Shown: piece after piece, positions 25,877 through 34,683 of the stretch
How the letters are laid out: each line of letters begins with the position of its first letter
How positions within the stretch are numbered: position 1 is the stretch's first letter
NCBI GenBank assembly: GCA_963662675.2
Contig: CAXXHP010000004.1
Location: 510,094 to 550,093 of the forward strand
Direction: 5' to 3'
DNA: 40,000 nt
DNA from: Prolixibacteraceae bacterium
GTDB taxonomy: Bacteria > Bacteroidota > Bacteroidia > Bacteroidales > Prolixibacteraceae
The notes under the pieces: generated by a model
What the model saw: only the letters and a program-made list of their open reading frames with translations
The model's database searches: none
What the model was told of the DNA's origin: nothing
Position numbers and translations under genes: made by a program

Positions 25877-27819
25877 ATCGAATAGCCCGCCCCGCTAGCA
25901 AATACTAGCAGGGAGAGGCTTTCACACCACCATACGTACGGGTCTCGTATACGGCGGTTCGTTAAGTCATAGGAAACAAAACCGTACTTGGTTTTACTTG
26001 ATTGTAGAGTTCCAGTAAAGAAACGTAACCACGCAATTTCAATCTATCAACCGTAATGGTAGTACCCAGAATTGGGCTTTGTGCAATTGCCCATCCACCC
26101 ATTCTGGAACGACTCCATGCATAGGCTTGACCCTGTTCAACGCCCAAACGAATCAGGTTCTTCCTTTTTCGCTCAGGCTTTTTCCAGTGGTGCCAAATGC
26201 AATAGCGAAGTCGGTTCCGCAGCCACCCATCCAGTTCAGCCAGCTTGTTTTGGATGCTTGCCATTCGGAAAGCATTAATCCATCCTCGCTGCACCTCGCC
26301 CAACTTTTCGATACGTTCATCAAAACTCATGGGAGTGGTTTTTCGGGTGAGGACTTTTAGCTTTTGCTTCAAGCTCGTCCAACTCTTTTCGGATACAACC
26401 AGTTGATATTTGCCCCGTTCGCCTTTCTTATAAGTTGGCACAAAGCCAAATCCTAAGCAGGTGAAATGTACAGGTCTGCGGATGCCGCTTTTCTCCCAAT
26501 TGATCGTTAGTTTCAACTTGTTTTTAAGAAACTTAAAAATGGTGTTGCCAACCTTTCGGGCTGTTGTCTTCGTTTTAACGTAAATGCTAAAATCGTCGGC
26601 ATAGCGGACAAAACGCAAACCTTGCCTTTCCAGTTCCCTGTCCAGTTCGTGCAATACGATGTTGGACAGTAAAGGACTTAATGGGCTGCCCTGCGGAACT
26701 CCCTTTCTGCGTTTGACCAGTTTCCCGTTTATTTGTATCGGGGAACGCAGCCATTTGCGGATAAGGCGCAAGGTTTCGCGGCAGTTGATTTTGCGGTAAA
26801 GCAGTTGCAGCAGATAGCAATGGTCTACTTCATCGAAAAAGGTTTTTAGGTCAATATCTACAATGTATTGAAACCCTTGGTTGATGTAAGCCTGTGCTTT
26901 TAGGACTGCCTGACCAACGCTCCTGTTGGGACGGAACCCAAAACTGGAGTCTGAAAACCCAAACTCGAAGCGTGCAGTAATTACTTGTAAAACCGCTTGT
27001 TGTAGCAGGCGGTCGGTTACGGTGGGAATACCGAGTAACCTTGTTTTCCCTTTTCCTTTTAGAATTTCCACTCCTAAAATGGCTTGTGGCAAATACTTTC
27101 CCGAACGAACCTTGGCTGTCAGTTCTTCCTTGTCAATAGACAGGAGTTCTGACAGTTTACATACGGGCATGCGGTCGACTCCTGCTGAACCGTGGTTCCG
27201 CTGGACTTTGTACATGGCCTGTAACAGGTTCTTTCGTGTTAGAATTTGATCAATCATTTTAGTTTCAATTCATTGTTTCCATGTCCCGCCTAACGCAAAG
27301 CTAGATCCTGCTCACGCAGAAAGCTTCTTTGCAGCATTTGGGACAACTTATCGTTCAGCCCTTCAGCTTTTCTGTGAGTCCTCTGCCTTTTCTATGACAG
27401 CTCGTTTCCAAAGCCTACTATGGCCTCTGCTGACTTCTCAACTGTCCTTGCGGAAAGTTGAGACCTCCCCAGGTAAGAGCATCTTCCTTCCTCCAATCAC
27501 TGCTGGATCTACTACGGAACGATTTTGGTATTCGTTGGACGTTACAATGATGTGCTTGCTTATCCTCGTCTCGTAGCCTCGTATCCAATTTCTGTTCGTC
27601 AGTACCGGGGTTTGCCGGTTGGCTTCCTTCACTGCATACCTCACGGTAAACCAGCTTGCCACTTGCTAATGCTTCCAAGCGTTACCTTGGCGCATAAGGG
27701 ACTTACACCCTCTGGAATAATTTCATGCTACACTTTATTGTTTAATAAGAAAAAGTTGTACTTTACATTCTTTTTCAAACCTTTAATAAAGTGGGCACAT
27801 GCTCATGCTGGGCACACAC
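25877..27819 (-). mobile_element. group II intron copy 5 (1943 nt; domain I variant B)
   Basis: Same ends. Inserted between GGCTATA (25870-25876) and ACAGTACATATTG; rejoining gives GGCTATAAC. Standard domain V, but the same domain I substitutions as copy 3. Confidence 0.9.
25962..27257 (-). CDS. group II intron reverse transcriptase/maturase
   Basis: 431-aa ORF identical to copy 1. Confidence 0.95.
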   Translation of the reverse strand: MIDQILTRKNLLQAMYKVQRNHGSAGVDRMPVCKLSELLSIDKEELTAKVRSGKYLPQAILGVEILKGKGKTRLLGIPTVTDRLLQQAVLQVITARFEFGFSDSSFGFRPNRSVGQAVLKAQAYINQGFQYIVDIDLKTFFDEVDHCYLLQLLYRKINCRETLRLIRKWLRSPIQINGKLVKRRKGVPQGSPLSPLLSNIVLHELDRELERQGLRFVRYADDFSIYVKTKTTARKVGNTIFKFLKNKLKLTINWEKSGIRRPVHFTCLGFGFVPTYKKGERGKYQLVVSEKSWTSLKQKLKVLTRKTTPMSFDERIEKLGEVQRGWINAFRMASIQNKLAELDGWLRNRLRYCIWHHWKKPERKRKNLIRLGVEQGQAYAWSRSRMGGWAIAQSPILGTTITVDRLKLRGYVSLLELYNQVKPSTVLFPMT

Positions 27820-27945
27820 ACAGTACATATTGCAGGGCGGGGTTCGGTGGTACGCCAATTGCGGATTCTCGTTTCGCAGTTCCTTGTCCTTCGGACAGGA
27901 AAGCTCTCCGAAATCCGCCCCGACAACATGTACCAACCGTTGGGC
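27820..27945 (+). other. attC site 12, right part (left part 25870-25876; split by intron copy 5)
   Basis: Arms attgcagggcgggg / ccgccccgacaacatgtacc. R' GTTGGGC 27939-27945. The central region resembles attC2. Confidence 0.8.
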
Positions 27946-28062
27946 GTCATTCAAAAAAAGACCTGCGATTACCCAATCAAAAATCTAAATATGAAATTTA
28001 TTTGCAAATATTGATTTATGACGTATCTTTGCCAAAGAATTAAATTTGTAAAAAACGAGACG

Positions 28063-29394
28063 ATGTTAATAGAATTCAATATAGAAAATTTTCTTTCTTT
28101 TAAAGACTTAACAACCCTATCAATGGTTGGAGCTAAGTCATTTAAAGAGCATCAAGAAAGTAATATTACAGAAAGGTGTAAGAATATTAGCTTACTGAAA
28201 TCTGCAATAATTTACGGGAACAATGCTAGTGGTAAGAGTAATTTGCTTGAGGCAATGGGATTTATGAAAGCTACTGTTCTAAATTCCTTCAGAGATGCTT
28301 TAATGGAAAATGGAGAGAGGTCGTTTCCTTTAGAAAAATTTGCCTTAAATACAGAAACTGAAAAAGAAACTAGCTATTTTGAAATTTCTTTTATAAATAA
28401 TGACATCAAATACCGCTACGGCTTTGAAATTGACTATGATAAAATTGTAGCTGAATGGCTTTTTCATACAACTACTAAAGAGGTTTATCTTTTTAAAAGA
28501 GACCATCAGAATATTGAGATAAATAAGTCATCTTTCAAGGAAGGGCTTGGTAAAGAAGAAGATGTTAAAGAAAATGTGCTTTTTTTATCATTACTTGCAA
28601 CACTTGGTAAAGAAACTTCAACAAGTATTGTTGATTGGTTCAAAAGTTTCAAATTTGTGAATGGGATTCACGACCGTGGACACAAACGATTTACTATTGA
28701 TAAACTTAAATCGGATGAACAATTTAATAATTGGGTATTACATTTTATCAAGTATTTGGAAATTTCAAACCTTTCTACAACTGAAGAAGATGTTAATGAT
28801 ATTGACTTTGAAACTCTGAAGACTAAAGAGAAAGACGAAGAGTTTATAAATCTTTTAACGAGTATTCAAAAAATTCAATCCAAACAACCAAAACGAGACC
28901 AGTTGATTACATATCATCGTAAGTATGATGAAAACAATGTACTAGTAGATACCGTTCCTTTTAATTTTGACAAACAAGAGTCTGAGGGAACTAAAAAACT
29001 ACTTTATTTATTAGGGCCTTGGTATGATGCATTGAAAAATGGGAAAGTATTAATAATTGACGAACTTGATTCTAGATTACACAGTCACTTAACTCTTAGA
29101 CTTATTGATTTCTTCCATAAGTTTAATCAAAATAATGCTCAATTAATATGTGCTGTACATGATATTTCATTGCTCAACAAAGAGACATTTAGAAGAGACC
29201 AAATTTGGTTTGTAGAAAAAAATCAATTCGGAGCATCTGAACTATTTTCACTTGGAAATTTTAAAACTGATAAAGTAAGAAGCAAATCAGCATTTGACAA
29301 AAATTATTTAGAAGGGAAATATGGGGCAATTCCTTATTTTAATATTGATGAAAAATTAACTCAATTACTCTATGGGAAAAGGGAAGCAGAATAA
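28063..29394 (+). CDS. AAA/ABC-type ATPase (AAA_15/AAA_21-like) (cassette 13, gene 1)
   Basis: The ATG at 28063 gives MLIEFNIENFLSFKD. Walker A GNNASGKSN, Walker B VLIIDELDSRLH, H-loop-like LICAVHD. The ORF track start at 28018 adds 15 unlikely residues. Confidence 0.75.
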   Translation: MLIEFNIENFLSFKDLTTLSMVGAKSFKEHQESNITERCKNISLLKSAIIYGNNASGKSNLLEAMGFMKATVLNSFRDALMENGERSFPLEKFALNTETEKETSYFEISFINNDIKYRYGFEIDYDKIVAEWLFHTTTKEVYLFKRDHQNIEINKSSFKEGLGKEEDVKENVLFLSLLATLGKETSTSIVDWFKSFKFVNGIHDRGHKRFTIDKLKSDEQFNNWVLHFIKYLEISNLSTTEEDVNDIDFETLKTKEKDEEFINLLTSIQKIQSKQPKRDQLITYHRKYDENNVLVDTVPFNFDKQESEGTKKLLYLLGPWYDALKNGKVLIIDELDSRLHSHLTLRLIDFFHKFNQNNAQLICAVHDISLLNKETFRRDQIWFVEKNQFGASELFSLGNFKTDKVRSKSAFDKNYLEGKYGAIPYFNIDEKLTQLLYGKREAE

Positions 29395-29812
29395 ATTTAA
29401 GTCAAGAAGTGCTGCTTCATACAAAAGAGAAGTAAAGAACACTGAGTTAAGGCAAGGTAGAAAAGAACCTTTAATAGTACTAAGTTTGAAAGATTTTGAT
29501 AGAAATCAAGGTCAGTCTTTCAAGGATTGGGAAATTGATGAACTTTTAGCATTGGCTATTAGTAAATTACACGAAGTCTGTCAGTTGACTGTTGGGCAAG
29601 CAACAGCCCAGCAAATTATTAAACCTTACACTAAAGTTGGTTTTCCTCCAGCTTCTGGATTTGTTCATCCGAAACATATTTTGCCAGATGTAATTTGGTG
29701 TTCTATGCACATTCAAGGAAAAGAATGTGTTATTGGATATTTTGAAGAAAACATTTTCTATCTAGTTTTTCTGGACAAAGAACATGAATTCTGGATATCC
29801 AAGAAAAGATAA
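29372..29812 (+). CDS. hypothetical protein, partner of the ATPase (cassette 13, gene 2)
   Basis: 146 aa. Overlaps the ATPase ORF by 23 nt. Basic N-terminus. No motif recognised. Confidence 0.55.
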   Translation: MGKGKQNKFKSRSAASYKREVKNTELRQGRKEPLIVLSLKDFDRNQGQSFKDWEIDELLALAISKLHEVCQLTVGQATAQQIIKPYTKVGFPPASGFVHPKHILPDVIWCSMHIQGKECVIGYFEENIFYLVFLDKEHEFWISKKR

Positions 29813-29826
29813 AGAACGAACGCCCA

Positions 29827-31848
29827 ATCGAATAGCCCGCCCCGCTAGCAAATACTAGCAGGGAGAGGCTTTCACACCACCATACGTACGCGAGCTATGC
29901 TCCTTCCTTTCGCTTTACTCAGGAACATATACGGCGGTTCGTTAAGTCATAGGAAACAAAACCGTACTTGGTTTTACTTGATTGTAGAGTTCCAGTAAAG
30001 AAACGTAACCACGCAATTTCAATCTATCAGCCGTAATGGTAGTACCCAGAATTGGGCTTTGTGCAATTGCCCATCCACCCATTCTGGAACGACTCCATGC
30101 ATAGGCTTGACCCTGTTCAACGCCCAAACGAATCAGGTTCTTCCTTTTTCGCTCAGGCTTTTTCCAGTGGTGCCAAATGCAATAGCGAAGTCGGTTCCGC
30201 AGCCACCCGTCCAGTTCAGCCAGCTTGTTTTGGATGCTTGCCATTCGGAAAGCATTAATCCATCCTCGCTGCACCTCGCCCAACTTTTCGATACGTTCAT
30301 CAAAACTCATGGGAGTGGTTTTTCGGGTGAGGACTTTTAGCTTTTGCTTCAAGCTCGTCCAACTCTTTTCGGATACAACCAGTTGATATTTGCCCCGTTC
30401 GCCTTTCTTATAAGTTGGCACAAAGCCAAATCCTAAGCAGGTGAAATGTACAGGTCTGCGGATGCCGCTTTTCTCCCAATTGATCGTTAGTTTCAACTTG
30501 TTTTTAAGAAACTTAAAAATGGTGTTGCCAACCTTTCGGGCTGTTGTCTTCGTTTTAACGTAAATGCTAAAATCGTCGGCATAGCGGACAAAACGCAAAC
30601 CTTGCCTTTCCAGTTCCCTGTCCAGTTCGTGCAATACGATGTTGGACAGTAAAGGACTTAATGGGCTGCCCTGCGGAACTCCCTTTCTGCGTTTGACCAG
30701 TTTCCCGTTTATTTGTATCGGGGAACGCAGCTATTTGCGGATAAGGCGCAAGGTTTCGCGGCAGTTGATTTTGCGGTAAAGCAGTTGCAGCAGATAGCAA
30801 TGGTCTACTTCATCGAAAAAGGTTTTTAGGTCAATATCTACAATGTATTGAAACCCTTGGTTGATGTAAGCCTGTGCTTTTAGGACTGCCTGACCAACGC
30901 TCCTGTTGGGACGGAACCCAAAACTGGAGTCTGAAAACCCAAACTCGAAGCGTGCAGTAATTACTTGTAAAACCGCTTGTTGTAGCAGGCGGTCGGTTAC
31001 GGTGGGAATACCGAGTAACCTTGTTTTCCCTTTTCCTTTTAGAATTTCCACTCCTAAAATGGCTTGTGGCAAATACTTTCCCGAACGAACCTTGGCTGTC
31101 AGTTCTTCCTTGTCAATAGACAGGAGTTCTGACAGTTTACATACGGGCATGCGGTCGACTCCTGCTGAACCGTGGTTCCGCTGGACTTTGTACATGGCCT
31201 GTAACAGGTTCTTTCGTGTTAGAATTTGATCAATCATTTTAGTTTCAATTCATTGTTTCCATGTCCCGCCTAACGCAAAGCTAGAATCGTAACCGATAGT
31301 TTCTTTGCAGCATTTGGGACAACGCATCGTTCAGCCCTTCAGCTTTTCTGTGAGTCCTCTGCCTTTTCGATGACAGCTCGTTTCCAAAGCCTACTATGGC
31401 TTCTGCTGACTTCTCAACTGTCCTTGCGGAAAGTTGAGACCTCCCCAGGTAAGAGCATCTTCCTTCCTCCAATCACTGCTGAATCTACTACAAAACGATT
31501 TTGGTATTCGTTGGACGTTACAATGATGTGCTTGCTTATCCGCGTTTCGTAGCCTCGTATCCCACCGCTTCGCTTTTCATTTCGTCAAATGTCCCCCGGA
31601 CATTTGGTTTTACTAACGTAAAACTTTACTCCATTCACTGTTCGTCAGTACCAGAGTTTGCCGGTTGGCTTCCTTCACTGCATACCTCACGGTAAACCAG
31701 CTTGCCACTTGCTAACGGTTCGAAGCGTTACCTCCGCCCGTAAGGGACTTACACCCTCTGGAATAATTTCATGCTACACTTTATTGTTTAGTAAGGAAAA
31801 GTTGTATTTTTCATTCTTTTAAAAACATTGAAAAAAGTGGGTACACAC
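29827..31848 (-). mobile_element. group II intron copy 6, decayed (about 2022 nt)
   Basis: Same 3' end and the domain V apex variant (29890-29927). Scattered substitutions, a ~75-nt replacement/insertion around 31562-31636, and a 17-nt deletion at the 5' end (gtgggtacacac versus gtgggcacatgctcatgctgggcacacac). Confidence 0.85.
29942..31237 (-). pseudogene. group II intron RT/maturase pseudogene
   Basis: TGG to TAG nonsense change (complement of 30731-30733; C to T at 30732 on the + strand) splits the ORF into 168-aa and 230-aa pieces. There are additional missense changes. Confidence 0.9.
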
Positions 31849-31885
31849 AACAGCGTATAAGGCGAGCGGACAAGGACATCCTTGA
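31849..31885 (+). other. attC site 13 remnant (R''/L'' side only), distal end of the array
   Basis: ACGCCCAA (29820-29827) is the reverse complement of TTGGGCGT at 27940-27947. After the intron, aacagcgtataaggcgagcgg resembles other L'' arms. No matching L'/R' (...accGTT) is found in the next ~250 bp. Confidence 0.5.
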
Positions 31886-32135
31886 AGTCTCCATCGAGAT
31901 CATAGAATATGAATGCGGGATTGATGTGCAAAAAAAGTTTTTACCAAAATCACTGGCAACTTTGACCTTAAAGTCTGCCGTAAACTTCCTTCGTGATCTT
32001 GAGACAAATATCCTACTTTATTTTATCAAATTGTTAGCAATGCTTTTAATAAATCTATAATTAATCTATTTTTGTCCACACGTACTAGAAATCTATAATT
32101 AAATCCTCAACACTTAGAGGAATCACTTTTGAAAT

Positions 32136-33941
32136 ATGGAGATAGGAAATGAGGTTGCAGCAATTAAAATGATGAATGGTAACGAAGCAGTTGCCAGAGG
32201 TGCCTTTGAAGCAGGTGTAAAAGTTGCTGCCGGATTCCCGGGAACACCATCCACAGAGGTAATGGATTATACCCAACATAGATACCCGGATATTTATTGT
32301 GAATGGTCAACTAATGAGAAAGTGGGTTTAGAAGTAGCCATTGGAGCTTCGTTTGCAGGTTTTCGTAGCCTGGCCATAATGAAAACAGTGGGTTTACATG
32401 TGGCGGCAGATGCATTGGGTGGAGCTGCCGGCAGTCAGATAAACGGCGGATTGGTATTGGTGGTTGGCGATGATGTAGGGCGTATTGCGGGTGATGATTA
32501 TAATGATGTTCGTCATTATGGTAATATGTTCAATATACCGGTGTTGGAGCCTAGTGACAGTCAGGAGGCCAAGGATCTTATGGTTAAAGCATTTGAGATT
32601 AGCGAAGAATACAGTACTCCGGTTATATTTAAAATTACATCTGTGATATGCAAGACAACCAGTCGCGTTGTTATTGATGAAGACTACGCTTACGAAGTCA
32701 AATACAGAGAAAAATATCCAATAAGTTTCAGTAAGGTCATAATGACAACCATTATGATGAAGGCAAAAGGCTCAGAGCATCCCAAGTTGACCAAATGCTT
32801 TAATGATTTCCCGGCGCATATGAAGCGCTTGGCAGGGGACAGCAATGATTTTGATTTTAACAAACTGGAGTTGAAGGGTAAAAAGATTGGGATAATTACT
32901 GCAGGGACTCCTTACTATTACATAAAAGAAGTATTACCCGAAGCCTCGGTGTTAAAACTAGGACTTGTTATGCCACTTCCGGAAAAAATGATTCGGGAAT
33001 TGGCCGAACACGTGGAGGAACTTTATGTGATTGAAGATGGTCATGATATTCTGGAAAAGAACATCAAGGATCTGGGGATCTCGGTAATTGGGAAAGAATT
33101 ATTCCCCAAATTCCCCGTAATGATGCGTTTCACTCCGGATATTATAGAGGAAAAACTCGTTCCGGGCGCAACTAAAAGAACGCCCCAAGAAGGAATTCCC
33201 TTCAGACTACCAGTTAGTTGTGCAGGCTGTTCTCACCTCTTCATTTCACGAATATTAAAGAAACATAAAATAAAGGCTGCTGCCGATGTCACCTGTGGTC
33301 TAATCGGTTGCTTTCCGCATATGGAGTCCTATTCTCTGCAAAAATGCATGGGGTCAAGCATAGCACTAGCCCATGGTTACAACATTGCCAAAGATCATAA
33401 GGAAAATTTTGTCGCCATGATAGGCGATGGTGGTTTTTGGGCAACAGGAATCAATGGCCTAATGAATCTGATATTCAATGACAGTCAATCAACAGTGATT
33501 ATTGTTGACAATAGCTGCCTTGCCATGACCGGTGGACAGCATGTGGCCTCCAGCGAGTTTGGGTTTAATTACAAACCGGAAAATAAACTGGATATTGCCA
33601 CTGTCTGTAAAGCTATCGGCGTTAAAGATATTGTAACCGTAGATGCATACGAATTTGAAAACCTGGAAGAATCTATCCTCAATGCGGTCAATGCAAAAAC
33701 AAATTCTGTAGTCATTGTTAAAAAACCATGTGTTACAAAATTCAAATTACCTAAAGACACGCCATATTCTATTGATCAGGATAAGTGTACCAAATGTAGG
33801 AAATGTATCGATGTTGGATGTTTAGCTATTGAGAGCAAAAAAGCAAAAGACGGAACGGTTGAAATAGTGATCAACCAAGATATTTGTACAGGCTGCGGAT
33901 TATGTACTACAGCATGTCAGTTTGACGCTATAAAAAATTAA
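32136..33941 (+). CDS. iorA: indolepyruvate:ferredoxin oxidoreductase, alpha subunit
   Basis: 601 aa. N-terminal MNGNEAVARGAFEAGVKVAAGFPGTPSTE and a TPP-binding region GDGGFWATG. C-terminal double 4Fe-4S motif CTKCRKCIDVGC ... CTGCGLCTTAC. Followed by the beta subunit. Confidence 0.85.
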   Translation: MEIGNEVAAIKMMNGNEAVARGAFEAGVKVAAGFPGTPSTEVMDYTQHRYPDIYCEWSTNEKVGLEVAIGASFAGFRSLAIMKTVGLHVAADALGGAAGSQINGGLVLVVGDDVGRIAGDDYNDVRHYGNMFNIPVLEPSDSQEAKDLMVKAFEISEEYSTPVIFKITSVICKTTSRVVIDEDYAYEVKYREKYPISFSKVIMTTIMMKAKGSEHPKLTKCFNDFPAHMKRLAGDSNDFDFNKLELKGKKIGIITAGTPYYYIKEVLPEASVLKLGLVMPLPEKMIRELAEHVEELYVIEDGHDILEKNIKDLGISVIGKELFPKFPVMMRFTPDIIEEKLVPGATKRTPQEGIPFRLPVSCAGCSHLFISRILKKHKIKAAADVTCGLIGCFPHMESYSLQKCMGSSIALAHGYNIAKDHKENFVAMIGDGGFWATGINGLMNLIFNDSQSTVIIVDNSCLAMTGGQHVASSEFGFNYKPENKLDIATVCKAIGVKDIVTVDAYEFENLEESILNAVNAKTNSVVIVKKPCVTKFKLPKDTPYSIDQDKCTKCRKCIDVGCLAIESKKAKDGTVEIVINQDICTGCGLCTTACQFDAIKN

Positions 33942-33943
33942 AA

Positions 33944-34555
33944 ATGCAGGACACAGGAAAAAACATTATAATAGCTGGTGTTGGAGGACAAGGAATACTC
34001 CTTTTCAGCACCCTCTTAAGCAAGTTTTACATCAAACTGGGATACGATTTAAAAATATCAGATGTGATTGGCTTAGGTCAACGCGGTGGTGGTGTAGAAA
34101 GCCATTTTCGATATTCAAATAAACCCGTTCTATCTCCCTTTATCAAAGCAGGAGATGTGGATTACGTGATATCTTTTGAACAAACAGAAACACTCCGTCA
34201 TTTGCATAGCCTGAAAGAGGATGGTGTCATATTTTCGAGTACTTATGAGTTAACCTCTACCAGCGTAAATGCCAGACTAGAAAAACCTATGTCTGAAGAT
34301 AAAACAGAGATAATAAAGAGATCGAAGAACAGGAAATTTATTATTGATATTGAAGAGCACAAAAATCTGGATTTTACTATCAGCAAAATGATGAATGTTG
34401 TGATGCTTGGATATTATGCTGAGTTTAGAGGTTATTCGCATGATGACATGATTCAGATAGTGAGCGAAAATGTTCCGGAAAAGTTTGTGGAAGGAAATAT
34501 AAAAGCATACGAAAAGGGAGTGGCTATTGCCAGTTCCGAACTCGTAGCTAAGTAG
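33944..34555 (+). CDS. iorB: indolepyruvate:ferredoxin oxidoreductase, beta subunit
   Basis: 203 aa. IIIAGVGGQGILL N-terminus is typical of the 2-oxoacid:ferredoxin oxidoreductase gamma/IorB family. Starts 3 nt after iorA. Confidence 0.8.
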   Translation: MQDTGKNIIIAGVGGQGILLFSTLLSKFYIKLGYDLKISDVIGLGQRGGGVESHFRYSNKPVLSPFIKAGDVDYVISFEQTETLRHLHSLKEDGVIFSSTYELTSTSVNARLEKPMSEDKTEIIKRSKNRKFIIDIEEHKNLDFTISKMMNVVMLGYYAEFRGYSHDDMIQIVSENVPEKFVEGNIKAYEKGVAIASSELVAK

Positions 34556-34590
34556 AGTTAGTAGTCAGTAATTGTTAAGCCATAAAGGGA

Positions 34591-34648
34591 ATATTGCCGA
34601 TTGATTAATGCCCGATTGCTATTGGAATCATTAATTTATCGGCAATAT
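34591..34648 (+). other. long hairpin between iorB and the next gene (terminator or regulatory)
   Basis: ATATTGCCGATTGATTAATG (34591-34610) pairs with CATTAAT-TT-ATCGGCAATAT (34629-34648). There is no clear T-tract. Confidence 0.5.
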
Positions 34649-34683
34649 ACTTAGTGCTAACTTCAACGTTAAAATGGTATAAC

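Noticed and set aside
13051-31848. The RT-containing repeats as retrons, a diversity-generating retroelement, or defence-associated (Abi/UG) reverse transcriptases
   Set aside because: Each copy has group II ribozyme ends (GUGUG...AU), domains V and VI, and a maturase X motif. No template/variable repeat pair, msr/msd-like unit or effector fusion is present.
13051-31848. A regular repeat-plus-unique-spacer layout that could suggest a CRISPR array or IS copies
   Set aside because: The repeats are ~1.9 kb and protein-coding, not 25-40 bp. There is no transposase, terminal inverted repeats or target-site duplication. The insertions are exact and at a conserved attC position.
31863-32067. An ATG-less open frame after the last intron (...KDILEVSIEIIEYECGIDVQKKFLPKSLATL...)
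   Set aside because: It has no start codon, extends upstream into intron sequence and has a low-complexity end. At most it is a truncated remnant and cannot be assigned.
32040-32135. Direct repeat aatctataatta (about 32053 and 32090) and ctatttttgtcc upstream of iorA as a Bacteroidota-type promoter
   Set aside because: It is plausible (a TAnnTTTG-like element), but I cannot fix the -33/-7 spacing or a TSS from sequence alone, so it is not reported as a feature.
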